A stretch of 64,000 bases of DNA, taken from positions 2,304,001 to 2,368,000 of the forward strand of contig CBDDIJ010000003.1 in NCBI GenBank assembly GCA_965228855.1, in the 5' to 3' direction. This document shows, piece after piece, positions 9,343-18,149 of this stretch (within the stretch, counting starts at the first letter, position 1; every line of letters starts with the position of its first letter). The translations under genes and the position numbers were made by a program. Below the pieces are notes generated by a model, which was not told the origin of the DNA, made no database searches, and worked only from the letters and a program-made list of their open reading frames with translations. The DNA comes from Candidatus Obscuribacterales bacterium. GTDB taxonomy: Bacteria > Cyanobacteriota > Vampirovibrionia > Obscuribacterales > Obscuribacteraceae.

Positions 9343-10272
9343 TCAGATCGGAATGAAGGTCCCGACGGGATTCTCACGGTATGTATCGAGAGCCACGTCA
9401 AGAGCAGCTCCGTCACGTCCAATCACTGTCGCAAGCCCGTTTGACTGGCAGATGTTGTCATTTAGCGACAGGACGACCTGATCGCGGCTAAGGGTCGGCA
9501 CGGTTTGCACCGTTTCCATCACCGCAGCTAAAAGTTTACCGGCTTGAGGTGGCAGATTTATGATCGGCTTTCTCTTGCCAACAATTGCACCCAGTTCCTC
9601 TACAAATCGTTTCATCGATAAGACTGTTGAGCCGCCGAGTTCGATGGTTTCTCCATCATGCCGGTCAGATATACAATTCGAAATCGCTTCAACACAATCA
9701 CTTACGAAGATAGGCTGGATCTTATTGGCGCCACCATTTACAAGAGGCACAAACTGTTTGTTCTGAATGAAACCGAGAAGGCGCGCCACAAGCTTGCTGT
9801 TTCTCGAACCGATCACACGACCAATCAAAAGCGATGGTCGCAGAATTGTGAAAGATAGCCCTGACTTCCTGACTTCCTCTTCAGCTAACCATTTAGTGCG
9901 ATGATACTGGGATGGCGCGTCCGAAGCCGTTCCCAGCGCAGTGATTAAAACAATTTTTTTCACGCCTGCGGATTTAGCCAATTCACAAAAACGCCTGGTC
10001 AATGCTTGATGAATGTCTTCAAAAGACTCGCCCTTTTTCGGTGCGATACTGCCGATCAAGTGAACCGCATACTCGACGCCTTCAAAAAACTCACCGGCAT
10101 TTTGGTCAGCCAGCGATCCTTCGACGACCTGCGCCCCCATCTTCTTAAGCAACGCCACTTCTTCCGAACGGGCATTTTTTCGCACCAGACACCTGACACT
10201 GCGCCCTTCTTGCGTGAGCTTGTGGGTCAAATGGCTACCGAGAAAACCGGTTGCCCCGTCAACTAGAATCAA
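9343..10272 (-). CDS. Atypical SDR, NDUFA9/NAD(P)H-binding family
   Basis: DGATGFLG, YHRTKWLAEE, ILRPS, IQPIFVSD; TTG start with GGGGAG RBS. Confidence 0.8.
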   Translation of the reverse strand: MILVDGATGFLGSHLTHKLTQEGRSVRCLVRKNARSEEVALLKKMGAQVVEGSLADQNAGEFFEGVEYAVHLIGSIAPKKGESFEDIHQALTRRFCELAKSAGVKKIVLITALGTASDAPSQYHRTKWLAEEEVRKSGLSFTILRPSLLIGRVIGSRNSKLVARLLGFIQNKQFVPLVNGGANKIQPIFVSDCVEAISNCISDRHDGETIELGGSTVLSMKRFVEELGAIVGKRKPIINLPPQAGKLLAAVMETVQTVPTLSRDQVVLSLNDNICQSNGLATVIGRDGAALDVALDTYRENPVGTFIPI

Positions 10273-10298
10273 GACACTCCCCTTTCTAAAGTTAAGCC

Positions 10299-10688
10299 TC
10301 AGCTGCGGTGCTTCAACTTTCTGTAGATATTTTTCATTAAGGTCACCTCGCCCACTTCGTTTCCTTGAGCCTTGTGGCCTAGATATTGAAACAGATAGCC
10401 AAGCACGATGAGCGCCGCGCCTTTAGGCACGTCTTTGCCGGTGAAAAAGTAAAAGAAGCCTGCAAATGCCGCCGGAACGCCCAGGATATGGAGGGAGGCG
10501 TTAACTGGATGAGCATGTCTGCCAATGTAATCTTTTACAAACCAGAGCACCGAACCGCAGGCACCTGCGATAGGGCATGAGTTTGCGGACTCATCGTTTC
10601 TCGCCGTGGTGGCGTCAGCGGTGCCCTGTTTTTTGTAGTCGAACGTTGTTTCCCGTCCGTTCTGTGTTCCTGCACCGTTATTACTCAT
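10299..10688 (-). CDS. Mpo1/DUF962-family small membrane protein
   Basis: YIGRHAHPVNASLHILGVP ... FQYLGHKAQGN matches the DUF962 His pattern. Confidence 0.75.
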   Translation of the reverse strand: MSNNGAGTQNGRETTFDYKKQGTADATTARNDESANSCPIAGACGSVLWFVKDYIGRHAHPVNASLHILGVPAAFAGFFYFFTGKDVPKGAALIVLGYLFQYLGHKAQGNEVGEVTLMKNIYRKLKHRS

Positions 10689-10700
10689 GATCGCATCTCC

Positions 10701-11720
10701 TTACTTGCGTCCATTTTCCGATTTGAAAGTTGCGAGCGTCTGTGAAATTCCGGTTTGAAACGGCACTCGATCAACGTAGTTCAATTCTCTCTCTGCCTTG
10801 GCAATGCTGAAGCCTTGATTGACGCCCGCGAGCCGGAAAGCGGCTCTCGAGAAGCGCGCTAGCTTCCTTTGCGTGTCGACTCCCATCATCGGAGCTACAG
10901 AGGATACAACTTCGCAGAAAAGCTTTGCCGCTACCCCCGGTACCACTTTTTTTACTCGCGGAAGATTTAAACCGTCAGCAATTGCATCAAAAAGTTCTTT
11001 CTTCGAAATTTTCTGCCCGTCAGTTAAGTTGTAAACCTGACCGTAAGCCTTTTCATTCAAGATGGCAGACGTGATCGCACGGCTCAAATTTTCCACATAG
11101 ATTACATTGGTCTCTTTTTTGCCGCCATCGATCAGCATCGCTTTTCCTGTCGCGATCGAGTTAATCAGACGCGGCATCCATGCCCGCTCTCCAGGACCGT
11201 AGATAAAACCTGGTCGCAGCGAAGTTACTTTCATCTTGCTCTGCGGATTTTCGGACTCCGCCATGACAGTACGCTCAGCTTCAACTTTAGAGTCCGCGTA
11301 AGACTCGCCACAAGGCTTCAGAGGCTCAGTCTCGTCGACATTATACAGATCACCCTGACCGGTGATGACGGACAGACTGCTCACATAGAGAAAGTGTTTT
11401 ACATTCTGAGCTTTGGCGGCCTCCAGAATGTTCCTGGTTCCGCCGACATTGGTTGCGAATATGCTTTCACGCGAGCCATAAGGGTCCACAGTGGCGGCGG
11501 AGTGGACCACAACCTCGGCCCCTGATATCGCCTGTGATACCGCTTCTCGATCTTCGATGTCCGCTGTTCGAATTTCAATGTTGGAGGACTTGAATTGCGA
11601 AAGTTTGTCCCTGCTTCTGCCGATTGCGATGACTTCGTAATTATTGTCGGCGAGATACTGGACCAGATGTCCTCCGACTAATCCAGTCGCACCAGTGACG
11701 GCAACCTTCGGATTTGTCAT
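10701..11720 (-). CDS. NAD-dependent epimerase/dehydratase (3-beta-HSD-like extended SDR)
   Basis: TGATGLVG, VHSAA, YVSS, YADSK, LRPGFIYGPG; ATGA overlap with the GH3 gene. Confidence 0.85.
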   Translation of the reverse strand: MTNPKVAVTGATGLVGGHLVQYLADNNYEVIAIGRSRDKLSQFKSSNIEIRTADIEDREAVSQAISGAEVVVHSAATVDPYGSRESIFATNVGGTRNILEAAKAQNVKHFLYVSSLSVITGQGDLYNVDETEPLKPCGESYADSKVEAERTVMAESENPQSKMKVTSLRPGFIYGPGERAWMPRLINSIATGKAMLIDGGKKETNVIYVENLSRAITSAILNEKAYGQVYNLTDGQKISKKELFDAIADGLNLPRVKKVVPGVAAKLFCEVVSSVAPMMGVDTQRKLARFSRAAFRLAGVNQGFSIAKAERELNYVDRVPFQTGISQTLATFKSENGRK

Positions 11721-13384
11721 GAAACCTCCAGTAAAGCGAGTCTTCCGGAAAATGATTTGTGAGCACTTAGAAGTGGAATCTTCACCTGGGCTTCAGGCGC
11801 GCCTTCCGCCACTCTTTGTTGTCGAAGACGAGTGTAGGTTCCGGGTGGAAGAATTCTCAACTCCGGTTCAGCAAGGCGTTTTGTCGAACGCTTATCTTCG
11901 TACTCCGGATTCTGCATGCGAAGCGATTGATCGAATGCTCTCACAAACGCAACTCTCAACGATTCCGGAAGCTCACTGTTCAACTCCGCGTAGCAAACAT
12001 AATACGGCGGCAGACCCAGTTCCACTTCAGCCGTGAAGTGACTGATTTCGCCCATGTTCAACTGTTTAACGGCTTGAGTGAGACCGACCAGCACTTGTTC
12101 TTCAGTCAGCTTCTCTCCGGTAATCGAGCTTACGCCAACCCCCTTGCGAACAAAGCGGAGCACCGGAGTTTTCTCTGCGAAACCGGTCACCTCCATCAAG
12201 TCGTTGATGTTATACCGATAGAGTCCGGCATTAGTTGTGAAGTGAATGTAATAGCGTCCGTTCAACTTCAAATCTTCGATTGTTTGAAACTTCATGTTGC
12301 CGGCTTCGTAATCGTCTTCGGAAACAAACTCGAAGAAGTGCGACGTTAGTGCAAGAACACCTCCTGCACCTTCATCAGATATTGGAATAGTTCCACGCCC
12401 CTCTGATGCCATGTAACCGAAGTCACGAATTGGAATATTGCCGTAAAATTCGGGCAATCGTTCCAGATAGAACGACATCGGTCCACCCTTCCAACAAGAC
12501 ATTACGCCCAGTCGCGGCCACACCATCTCCGGTGTCAATGTGCCATTTCGCTCCAGCAGTTTTTGCAATTCTTTTGCGCGCTTCGGATCGGCAGTGAAGT
12601 ACGGTTCAAAGGCCGCTCTTAAGGCAGCCGGAGGCGCATAACGTTGTTTCAAAGTGCCATCATGCAGGTCCTTGATCAAATCCATGGCATGCTCTTGCAA
12701 TTGATCTGCCAGTAGCAAGAAACTCGATGGATTACAACCAAGAACAGCGGTAACGTCCTGACCGAGGGAAACCCGAAGCATCAAGTAATATTTGACGTCG
12801 ACATCCTTGATAGTGCACAGCTCATACGGCACAGCAAAATGGCGCCGAATAATCGGAGCCTGCCTCCGGTTCAACAGGCCGGAAACGGCACCATACGGCA
12901 AACCGCCAGGAGTATAACCTTCCTGATCGTTACTCGTAATGATGAGAAATTTTCCTTCGGCTGCATGCTTGAAACTCTGAATTAAGTGATAGTTGTGCAC
13001 CTGAAAAGCATGTGTGTAATCTTTGAGGTGGTGTTCCGTAATCGGAATATACTTAGGGTTCGCAGTGGTACCACTTGTGGTGGCAAACATAAATGGATCA
13101 TCGGCGGTAAGTTGATTCGTTCCACCGTTCAATAGCTTATCTATATAAGGAGTGAAGTACTCGTAAGTCGAGTGCGGGACGCGGCTTTTGAAGCCCTCAT
13201 AGTTTGTAATCTCGGAGAACTTATGGTCTTTTCCGAAAGCACTGTTCTTATGTCTCTCGATGATTGATTTTAGTTTCGCACGCTGAAATTCGCCGGGATT
13301 TTTGAGCGCGTCGTAGAAGTGGCGAATGTGCGTCGCTCTGCGAGCCAATTGGCCGATCTTGATATCGAGATTTTTAAACGCCAT
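11717..13384 (-). CDS. GH3-family acyl-acid amido synthetase (adenylate-forming)
   Basis: P-loop TTSGTTANPKYIP, GYMASEG, HFFEF, GLYRYNINDL, GEKLTEEQV, NPEY and KIPLL, all characteristic of GH3. Confidence 0.9.
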   Translation of the reverse strand: MAFKNLDIKIGQLARRATHIRHFYDALKNPGEFQRAKLKSIIERHKNSAFGKDHKFSEITNYEGFKSRVPHSTYEYFTPYIDKLLNGGTNQLTADDPFMFATTSGTTANPKYIPITEHHLKDYTHAFQVHNYHLIQSFKHAAEGKFLIITSNDQEGYTPGGLPYGAVSGLLNRRQAPIIRRHFAVPYELCTIKDVDVKYYLMLRVSLGQDVTAVLGCNPSSFLLLADQLQEHAMDLIKDLHDGTLKQRYAPPAALRAAFEPYFTADPKRAKELQKLLERNGTLTPEMVWPRLGVMSCWKGGPMSFYLERLPEFYGNIPIRDFGYMASEGRGTIPISDEGAGGVLALTSHFFEFVSEDDYEAGNMKFQTIEDLKLNGRYYIHFTTNAGLYRYNINDLMEVTGFAEKTPVLRFVRKGVGVSSITGEKLTEEQVLVGLTQAVKQLNMGEISHFTAEVELGLPPYYVCYAELNSELPESLRVAFVRAFDQSLRMQNPEYEDKRSTKRLAEPELRILPPGTYTRLRQQRVAEGAPEAQVKIPLLSAHKSFSGRLALLEVS

Positions 13385-13401
13385 TATTCACCTATCCAAA
13401 A

Positions 13402-14640
13402 TCAGGCGTTCGTAGCCTGCGCGTAGCTGACCGCGTTGTCGGGCACTTTCACGACCAGACGCTTCAGTTTGTTCTCATCGATTCGGATTCCCAGTCCTGG
13501 TCCATCAGGCAGGAATCCGCGACCACCTTGTTTCATCGTGGTATCTTCGATTGACAGATCTGATTTGAGCAAGAAACGGTTGAACGAACCTTCGCAATTG
13601 TCGAGCGGTCCCTTGACACAAGCGAACGACCGACCGGCAGCACTGAGAATAGCGGACTCGCCGACTTGCGCGCCGAGCAAACATCCCACTCCGGCGGCCC
13701 TAGCCATATCAACCATGCGAGTAGCCGCTATCAGACCGCCCACCTTTGAAAGACGGATGTTGAATGCGTTGGCTGCTCTGGCTTCAATCAAATTTTCCGC
13801 ATCGCGCAATGTCAAAAGTGATTCATCCGCGACGATGGTTTCCGGAAGATCCCGTGTCAGGCGTCGCATGCCGGCGATGTCTTCGGCAGGGAGTGGTTGT
13901 TCGATCGACTCGATGCGATACTCACGCATTTTTTCGGCGAAGTACATTGTCTCATCGACCGTCCAGGCACAGTTGGCATCTATTCGGAGAATAGCGTCAT
14001 CGCCCATGATCTGACGGGTCAACTTCAGGCGCTCGAGGTCGGAATCGATGTCGCGGCCAACTTTGACTTTGACGGTTTTAAATCCGTATAGCTTGAAGAA
14101 ATAGAGCATTCCGAGAAGCGGAAGTTTGCTATTGCCGGAGAACGGCAAAACGCCGCCATACGTACAGTAACTGGATATGGTGGCAGACTGCTGAAACGCT
14201 CCTGTTTTGGATAATCGAACAGCATCCTGCATGGACAGTAACGATGCTATGGATAAACCGTTTACGCGTGCCACCGCATCTAACACCGCGAGTTCGACCG
14301 CGCACCAGGAAGCGCCTTTCGGTTTGTCGACCAGGGACAAACTGATGAAAGTCTCTTCCAACTTCGCCAACGCGTCGAGAGGCGAGTTAAAGGTCAGCGC
14401 CGCTATGCGCGGCGCGTATTCGGTGTTGATAGCTTTAATGGCGCCTTCGGTCGTTTCACCGGTGACGTAATCACGTGGCACACTCTCACCGTATCCGATG
14501 GCACGTCTGCCTGTTGCGGCGTCTTCGATATCGACTCGCACGATCACGTTAGTCGACGAATTGCGCGAGGCAAGACTGTGGCCGAAAGAAAAGCGGAACG
14601 GAATTTTGATGGCAAAGGCTTTGATCGAGTTTATTTTCAT
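13402..14640 (-). CDS. Enolase-superfamily enzyme, muconate cycloisomerase/dipeptide epimerase subgroup
   Basis: GYGE, KVKVG (KxK), DAN, EQP and DES metal ligands. Probable start ATG 14640 (MKINSI) overlaps the upstream TGA; the ORF track extends to 14673. Confidence 0.85.
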   Translation of the reverse strand: MKINSIKAFAIKIPFRFSFGHSLASRNSSTNVIVRVDIEDAATGRRAIGYGESVPRDYVTGETTEGAIKAINTEYAPRIAALTFNSPLDALAKLEETFISLSLVDKPKGASWCAVELAVLDAVARVNGLSIASLLSMQDAVRLSKTGAFQQSATISSYCTYGGVLPFSGNSKLPLLGMLYFFKLYGFKTVKVKVGRDIDSDLERLKLTRQIMGDDAILRIDANCAWTVDETMYFAEKMREYRIESIEQPLPAEDIAGMRRLTRDLPETIVADESLLTLRDAENLIEARAANAFNIRLSKVGGLIAATRMVDMARAAGVGCLLGAQVGESAILSAAGRSFACVKGPLDNCEGSFNRFLLKSDLSIEDTTMKQGGRGFLPDGPGLGIRIDENKLKRLVVKVPDNAVSYAQATNA

Positions 14641-15575
14641 CAGGACACCGCGGGCAAGCGAGACAACAGCCATTCAGAGATCAGGTGAGTGTACTCTTTA
14701 AACCAGTTTGCGTCAAAGTCCAGGCAGTGTTGCGCATCCGGGAATAACCTCATGGTTTTATCCGGCGACTTTAGCTTAGCGAACCACTTGCTCAGTTTAT
14801 CGGTATCCACAATCACGTCGTTTCCAGGCTGCAGGATAATGACAGGCATAGAGATATTTCCTGCTGCCTTCTCAGCCATTCCTCCAATTTTGTAGCTCTC
14901 GACAAAAAACGTTGCCGTCGCCTCGTGAAGTCGCAACGGGTCCTTTTCCAGGAAATCAAAGTAAACAGGATTATCAGTAAACATCTGTGTTGTTAGTGGA
15001 ATCGGCCACTTCCGCAATGCTCGGCGGTCACCAAGAACAGCGTTTGCGGCGATTTCGAGCTTCGTCTTCAAGTCGTAATCTACTTTTGAATAGATAGCAG
15101 GACTACTGAGGACAAGTGCAGAAATAGGGAAGGCGTCGGGAACTCCCAATTCGGAAGCCCCCCTGGAATTTTCCTGAGCAAATAAAGTCGCAGGTTTTGC
15201 GCCCCAGCAGTTTCCCCAGAGAATGATGGGGTGACCCATGTGCTGATTGCAGATCTTGCGAAGTATGGCGTTCAAATCATCGATAAAGACTTTGTAACTC
15301 GTCACATGCCCACGGTCTCGCGAATTCATGCCGGAGCCACGCCGATCCGGCGCATATACGGTGATGCCTCTGCTGTTGAGGATAGATGCCGTATTCTCGA
15401 ACCACTGGCTATGCCCTTCAATACCGTGAATATAAAGAACAACGGGTGCTCCAACTTTTCCACGCCAGATACGGCAAAACAACTGCGAACCGTCGGAAGC
15501 CCTCAACCATTCGTGCTCGGGCTGCACGGCTTGTTCTTGAACCGGTGGAAGCGGAATAGAGACGAGATCTTTCAA
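14640..15575 (-). CDS. Alpha/beta hydrolase (Hydrolase_4/lysophospholipase-like) with a GxCxG nucleophile elbow
   Basis: HGIEGH, DRRGSG.N...RGH, WGNCWG, ND.IVD (acid), AQH (His). Confidence 0.85.
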   Translation of the reverse strand: MKDLVSIPLPPVQEQAVQPEHEWLRASDGSQLFCRIWRGKVGAPVVLYIHGIEGHSQWFENTASILNSRGITVYAPDRRGSGMNSRDRGHVTSYKVFIDDLNAILRKICNQHMGHPIILWGNCWGAKPATLFAQENSRGASELGVPDAFPISALVLSSPAIYSKVDYDLKTKLEIAANAVLGDRRALRKWPIPLTTQMFTDNPVYFDFLEKDPLRLHEATATFFVESYKIGGMAEKAAGNISMPVIILQPGNDVIVDTDKLSKWFAKLKSPDKTMRLFPDAQHCLDFDANWFKEYTHLISEWLLSRLPAVS

Positions 15576-15828
15576 ATTTATGACCGCGCTTTGACTAAGG
15601 GCAGGGACGATTAACCTGATGAATACTGCCTGGGCAGCCGAGCTAACATTGAATTAAGAGATTCCGGGTTTCTTAACAATAAAATACGACAAGAGTTTAG
15701 CACCTGTCAGTGGCGCGCTGAGAGCTTTCAAGAGCAGCCAGGTGAAATCGCTTAATGTATTTTTCAAAATTATTAGCACCTTGAAATGGCTACGAGTGCT
15801 ACACGTAGTACATTATTAGGTTCCTGGG

Positions 15829-15851
15829 CACTTGACTGTGAGCGTCAAGTG
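15829..15851. promoter_or_regulatory. Perfect inverted repeat CACTTGAC-N7-GTCAAGTG in the divergent promoter region (candidate operator)
   Basis: 8-bp perfect arms, 33 bp upstream of the 15885 start; contains TTGAC -35-like half sites. Confidence 0.45.
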
Positions 15852-15884
15852 GCGATGGTTTATTTTTAAGGTTGAACTGACAAC

Positions 15885-16610
15885 ATGGCGAGAATCACTG
15901 GCTGGCTCGGTGAACTGGTGCAGGAATTGAATTGGGGCTGTGAAAACAGTCCTTATATTCGGAACCTCGAAGGCGACACATTAGAGACAGGACGCGAATT
16001 GTGCTTGGTCCTCTGGCCATTTCTTTCTCAACTGCCGGCAAATGTTTCCCGCGTAAGGCGCATCTTGCCGAACCATATGACGGCCGCCCAGAAGTTCTTC
16101 GACCAACTAAAAGACGACGAGCGCTTCTATCAGGGTCTGTACCTTCAGCAGTGCACACTCACCGGCGTGGAAGAGTCGACGCTGCGCAATTTCAAACCTG
16201 ATGAGAAAACGTTGAATCTCTGCGACCTGATGCAGCAGTACTGCGCCAGTCCCGATTATCATGACGGTGTTCTTGCGATAATCACAGCAGAACTCGCGGC
16301 GACCTGTTTTGCCCGTCACTCAATTGAGCATGTGGAGAGCTACTTCAGCAGCCTTCCGGAAAGCGAGCGCAGAATCAGCCTGGATGACGGTCTGGCGTGG
16401 CTGAGACTGCATGCGAAGCCGCACCCGAAACACGCGCTCTGGTTGATGAGAACAATTGAAGCAATCGACAGTCGTCCCCCGTCTAATAAGATGCCTCAAC
16501 CGGTAGCATTACTGGTGGATGCCATTCACCAGTTTTTGCGTTCGGAAAAAAAGGGGCCACGCGTCAGTCACACGAAGTTAGTCAGTTCTGTCTCAGATCC
16601 GGTCCTGTAA
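15885..16610 (+). CDS. Heme-oxygenase-like (TenA/PqqC/CADD, iron-containing redox enzyme) protein
   Basis: Helical protein with DQLKDDE, GVLAIITAE and WLRLHAKPHPKHA segments aligning by eye to CADD-type metal-ligand helices. Confidence 0.6.
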   Translation: MARITGWLGELVQELNWGCENSPYIRNLEGDTLETGRELCLVLWPFLSQLPANVSRVRRILPNHMTAAQKFFDQLKDDERFYQGLYLQQCTLTGVEESTLRNFKPDEKTLNLCDLMQQYCASPDYHDGVLAIITAELAATCFARHSIEHVESYFSSLPESERRISLDDGLAWLRLHAKPHPKHALWLMRTIEAIDSRPPSNKMPQPVALLVDAIHQFLRSEKKGPRVSHTKLVSSVSDPVL

Positions 16611-16662
16611 TACAAATCGAACCGATGTCATTGAAACTCGCATGTACTAGAGAGAGGTCCTA

Positions 16663-17316
16663 ATGCTATTCAATAATCCCACGTTGGTTTTGCTGATTCT
16701 CCTCGGCATCGGAGTCGCAATTGCGACGCCGGTTCTTGCCAAAGGGTTCATGCGCCGCGGAAAGGGCGTTAAGTACGAACAAAGTTTCATTCTTCAGCGG
16801 GCGCCTCAGTTCGCTTCAGTGGTTACGATTTTTCTCCTTATCTTCACAGGAATGGTCTACAACGACATCATTCAAATCCCGGGCGCAGTGCCTTTCATAA
16901 CACTTGCTTCCAGCAAAGCTCCTGAGGGGTTTCCTCTTTACCTTTCCTGGTTCGGATTGTTGATTTTCATCGATGGTTTGATTTTCATGATTGGCGGCTG
17001 GATCTCGCTTGGTGAGATGTTCTCCACCGACGCCGAAGTTATGGAAAATCACACCGTGCGTGATACCGGATTGTTGAGCTTCGTAATGCATCCGGCTTAC
17101 TCCGGAATCATACAGTCTCTGCTCGGTGCCTCGGTTGTGCTTGCATCACCGTTCTGCATCCTCTTCACTTTGTTCATGGTCGCTCCACTATGGTTGAAGC
17201 GAGCCAAGTATGAGGAGACTCTACTTCTGGAGGCGCTTGGTGAGCCATATCGCGCTTATGGTCAGAAGATGGGTTGGCGCAGGCTGGTACCGAGATTCAT
17301 TCCTATCGGCGTGTAA
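16663..17316 (+). CDS. Isoprenylcysteine carboxyl methyltransferase/PEMT-family membrane methyltransferase
   Basis: LGEMFS, TG....MHPAYSG, RAKYEETLL...GEPYRAY; GAGAGG RBS. Confidence 0.8.
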   Translation: MLFNNPTLVLLILLGIGVAIATPVLAKGFMRRGKGVKYEQSFILQRAPQFASVVTIFLLIFTGMVYNDIIQIPGAVPFITLASSKAPEGFPLYLSWFGLLIFIDGLIFMIGGWISLGEMFSTDAEVMENHTVRDTGLLSFVMHPAYSGIIQSLLGASVVLASPFCILFTLFMVAPLWLKRAKYEETLLLEALGEPYRAYGQKMGWRRLVPRFIPIGV

Positions 17317-17525
17317 ACAGTGGGGTTTCAGCGACCCGATGTTCAGCAACTGCTGGGACCGTGCAACAATCCGTGGATGCAGACCTCGCATCATTACTGA
17401 GATTTAGTGCAGATTAGCAAAATTTCCCTGTTTTCAACCTGGCACCACCAGTGATATAATCTGCTATAGACAGGAAAGTTTCTTTTAGACCTAGTTCAAT
17501 TATTTTCGGCTGGACGGTAACAACT

Positions 17526-18140
17526 TTGAATCCACGAACAAAAGCAATTTTCATTGCTGCTGTTGCATGCGGCGCAGCGGCCTCTATCTCGGTGTCATCA
17601 CCACAGGCAGCGTCTGCCAAACACTGTTCCAAAGCCGACGAAGCATCGGTCAAAAGCGAAAAGCGCGCCGGCGATAAAGTCTGGCACAGCGCGAAAATAC
17701 TGATTAAGGCACCGCCGAAGGTAGTCTGGGACACAGTTCACGAAGAACGGAAAAAAGACCCGGACCTAGCCTACAGCAAAGTGCTGCAGCAAGGCGAGAA
17801 CGAGTGCCGTCTCGAACAAAAATTTCAATTGATCCCCATAATCGGAACAGCTGTCTGTGAAATGCATAACAGCGAAGTTCCTCTTCAGCGAATCGACTAC
17901 AAGCTATTGAAGTCGGATCGTTTCAAAGCAATGGAAGGAAGCTGGGTTCTCACGCCGGCTGATGATGGAAAACACACCATGCTGGAACTTTCGACACACC
18001 TCGACATGGGCATTCCCGTGCCTGGTCCCTTAATGTCATCGGTGACCTCGAAAAAACTGGCAAAGAGGCTCGGCAACGTGAAGAAGATGGCAGAGCAACA
18101 TCACGCACAGGTTGCCGCTAAAGAGCACTCTGGTAGTTAA
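17526..18140 (+). CDS. Exported SRPBCC/START (polyketide cyclase-like) lipid-binding protein
   Basis: Signal peptide; IKAPPKVVWD, IDYKLLKSDRFKAMEGSWVL. Confidence 0.75.
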   Translation: MNPRTKAIFIAAVACGAAASISVSSPQAASAKHCSKADEASVKSEKRAGDKVWHSAKILIKAPPKVVWDTVHEERKKDPDLAYSKVLQQGENECRLEQKFQLIPIIGTAVCEMHNSEVPLQRIDYKLLKSDRFKAMEGSWVLTPADDGKHTMLELSTHLDMGIPVPGPLMSSVTSKKLAKRLGNVKKMAEQHHAQVAAKEHSGS

Positions 18141-18149
18141 CTTCCGAGA

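Noticed and set aside
11717..13384. GH3 as evidence of auxin metabolism or plant-derived HGT
   Set aside because: GH3 homologs are widespread in bacteria, composition matches the neighbours, and the substrate cannot be read from sequence.
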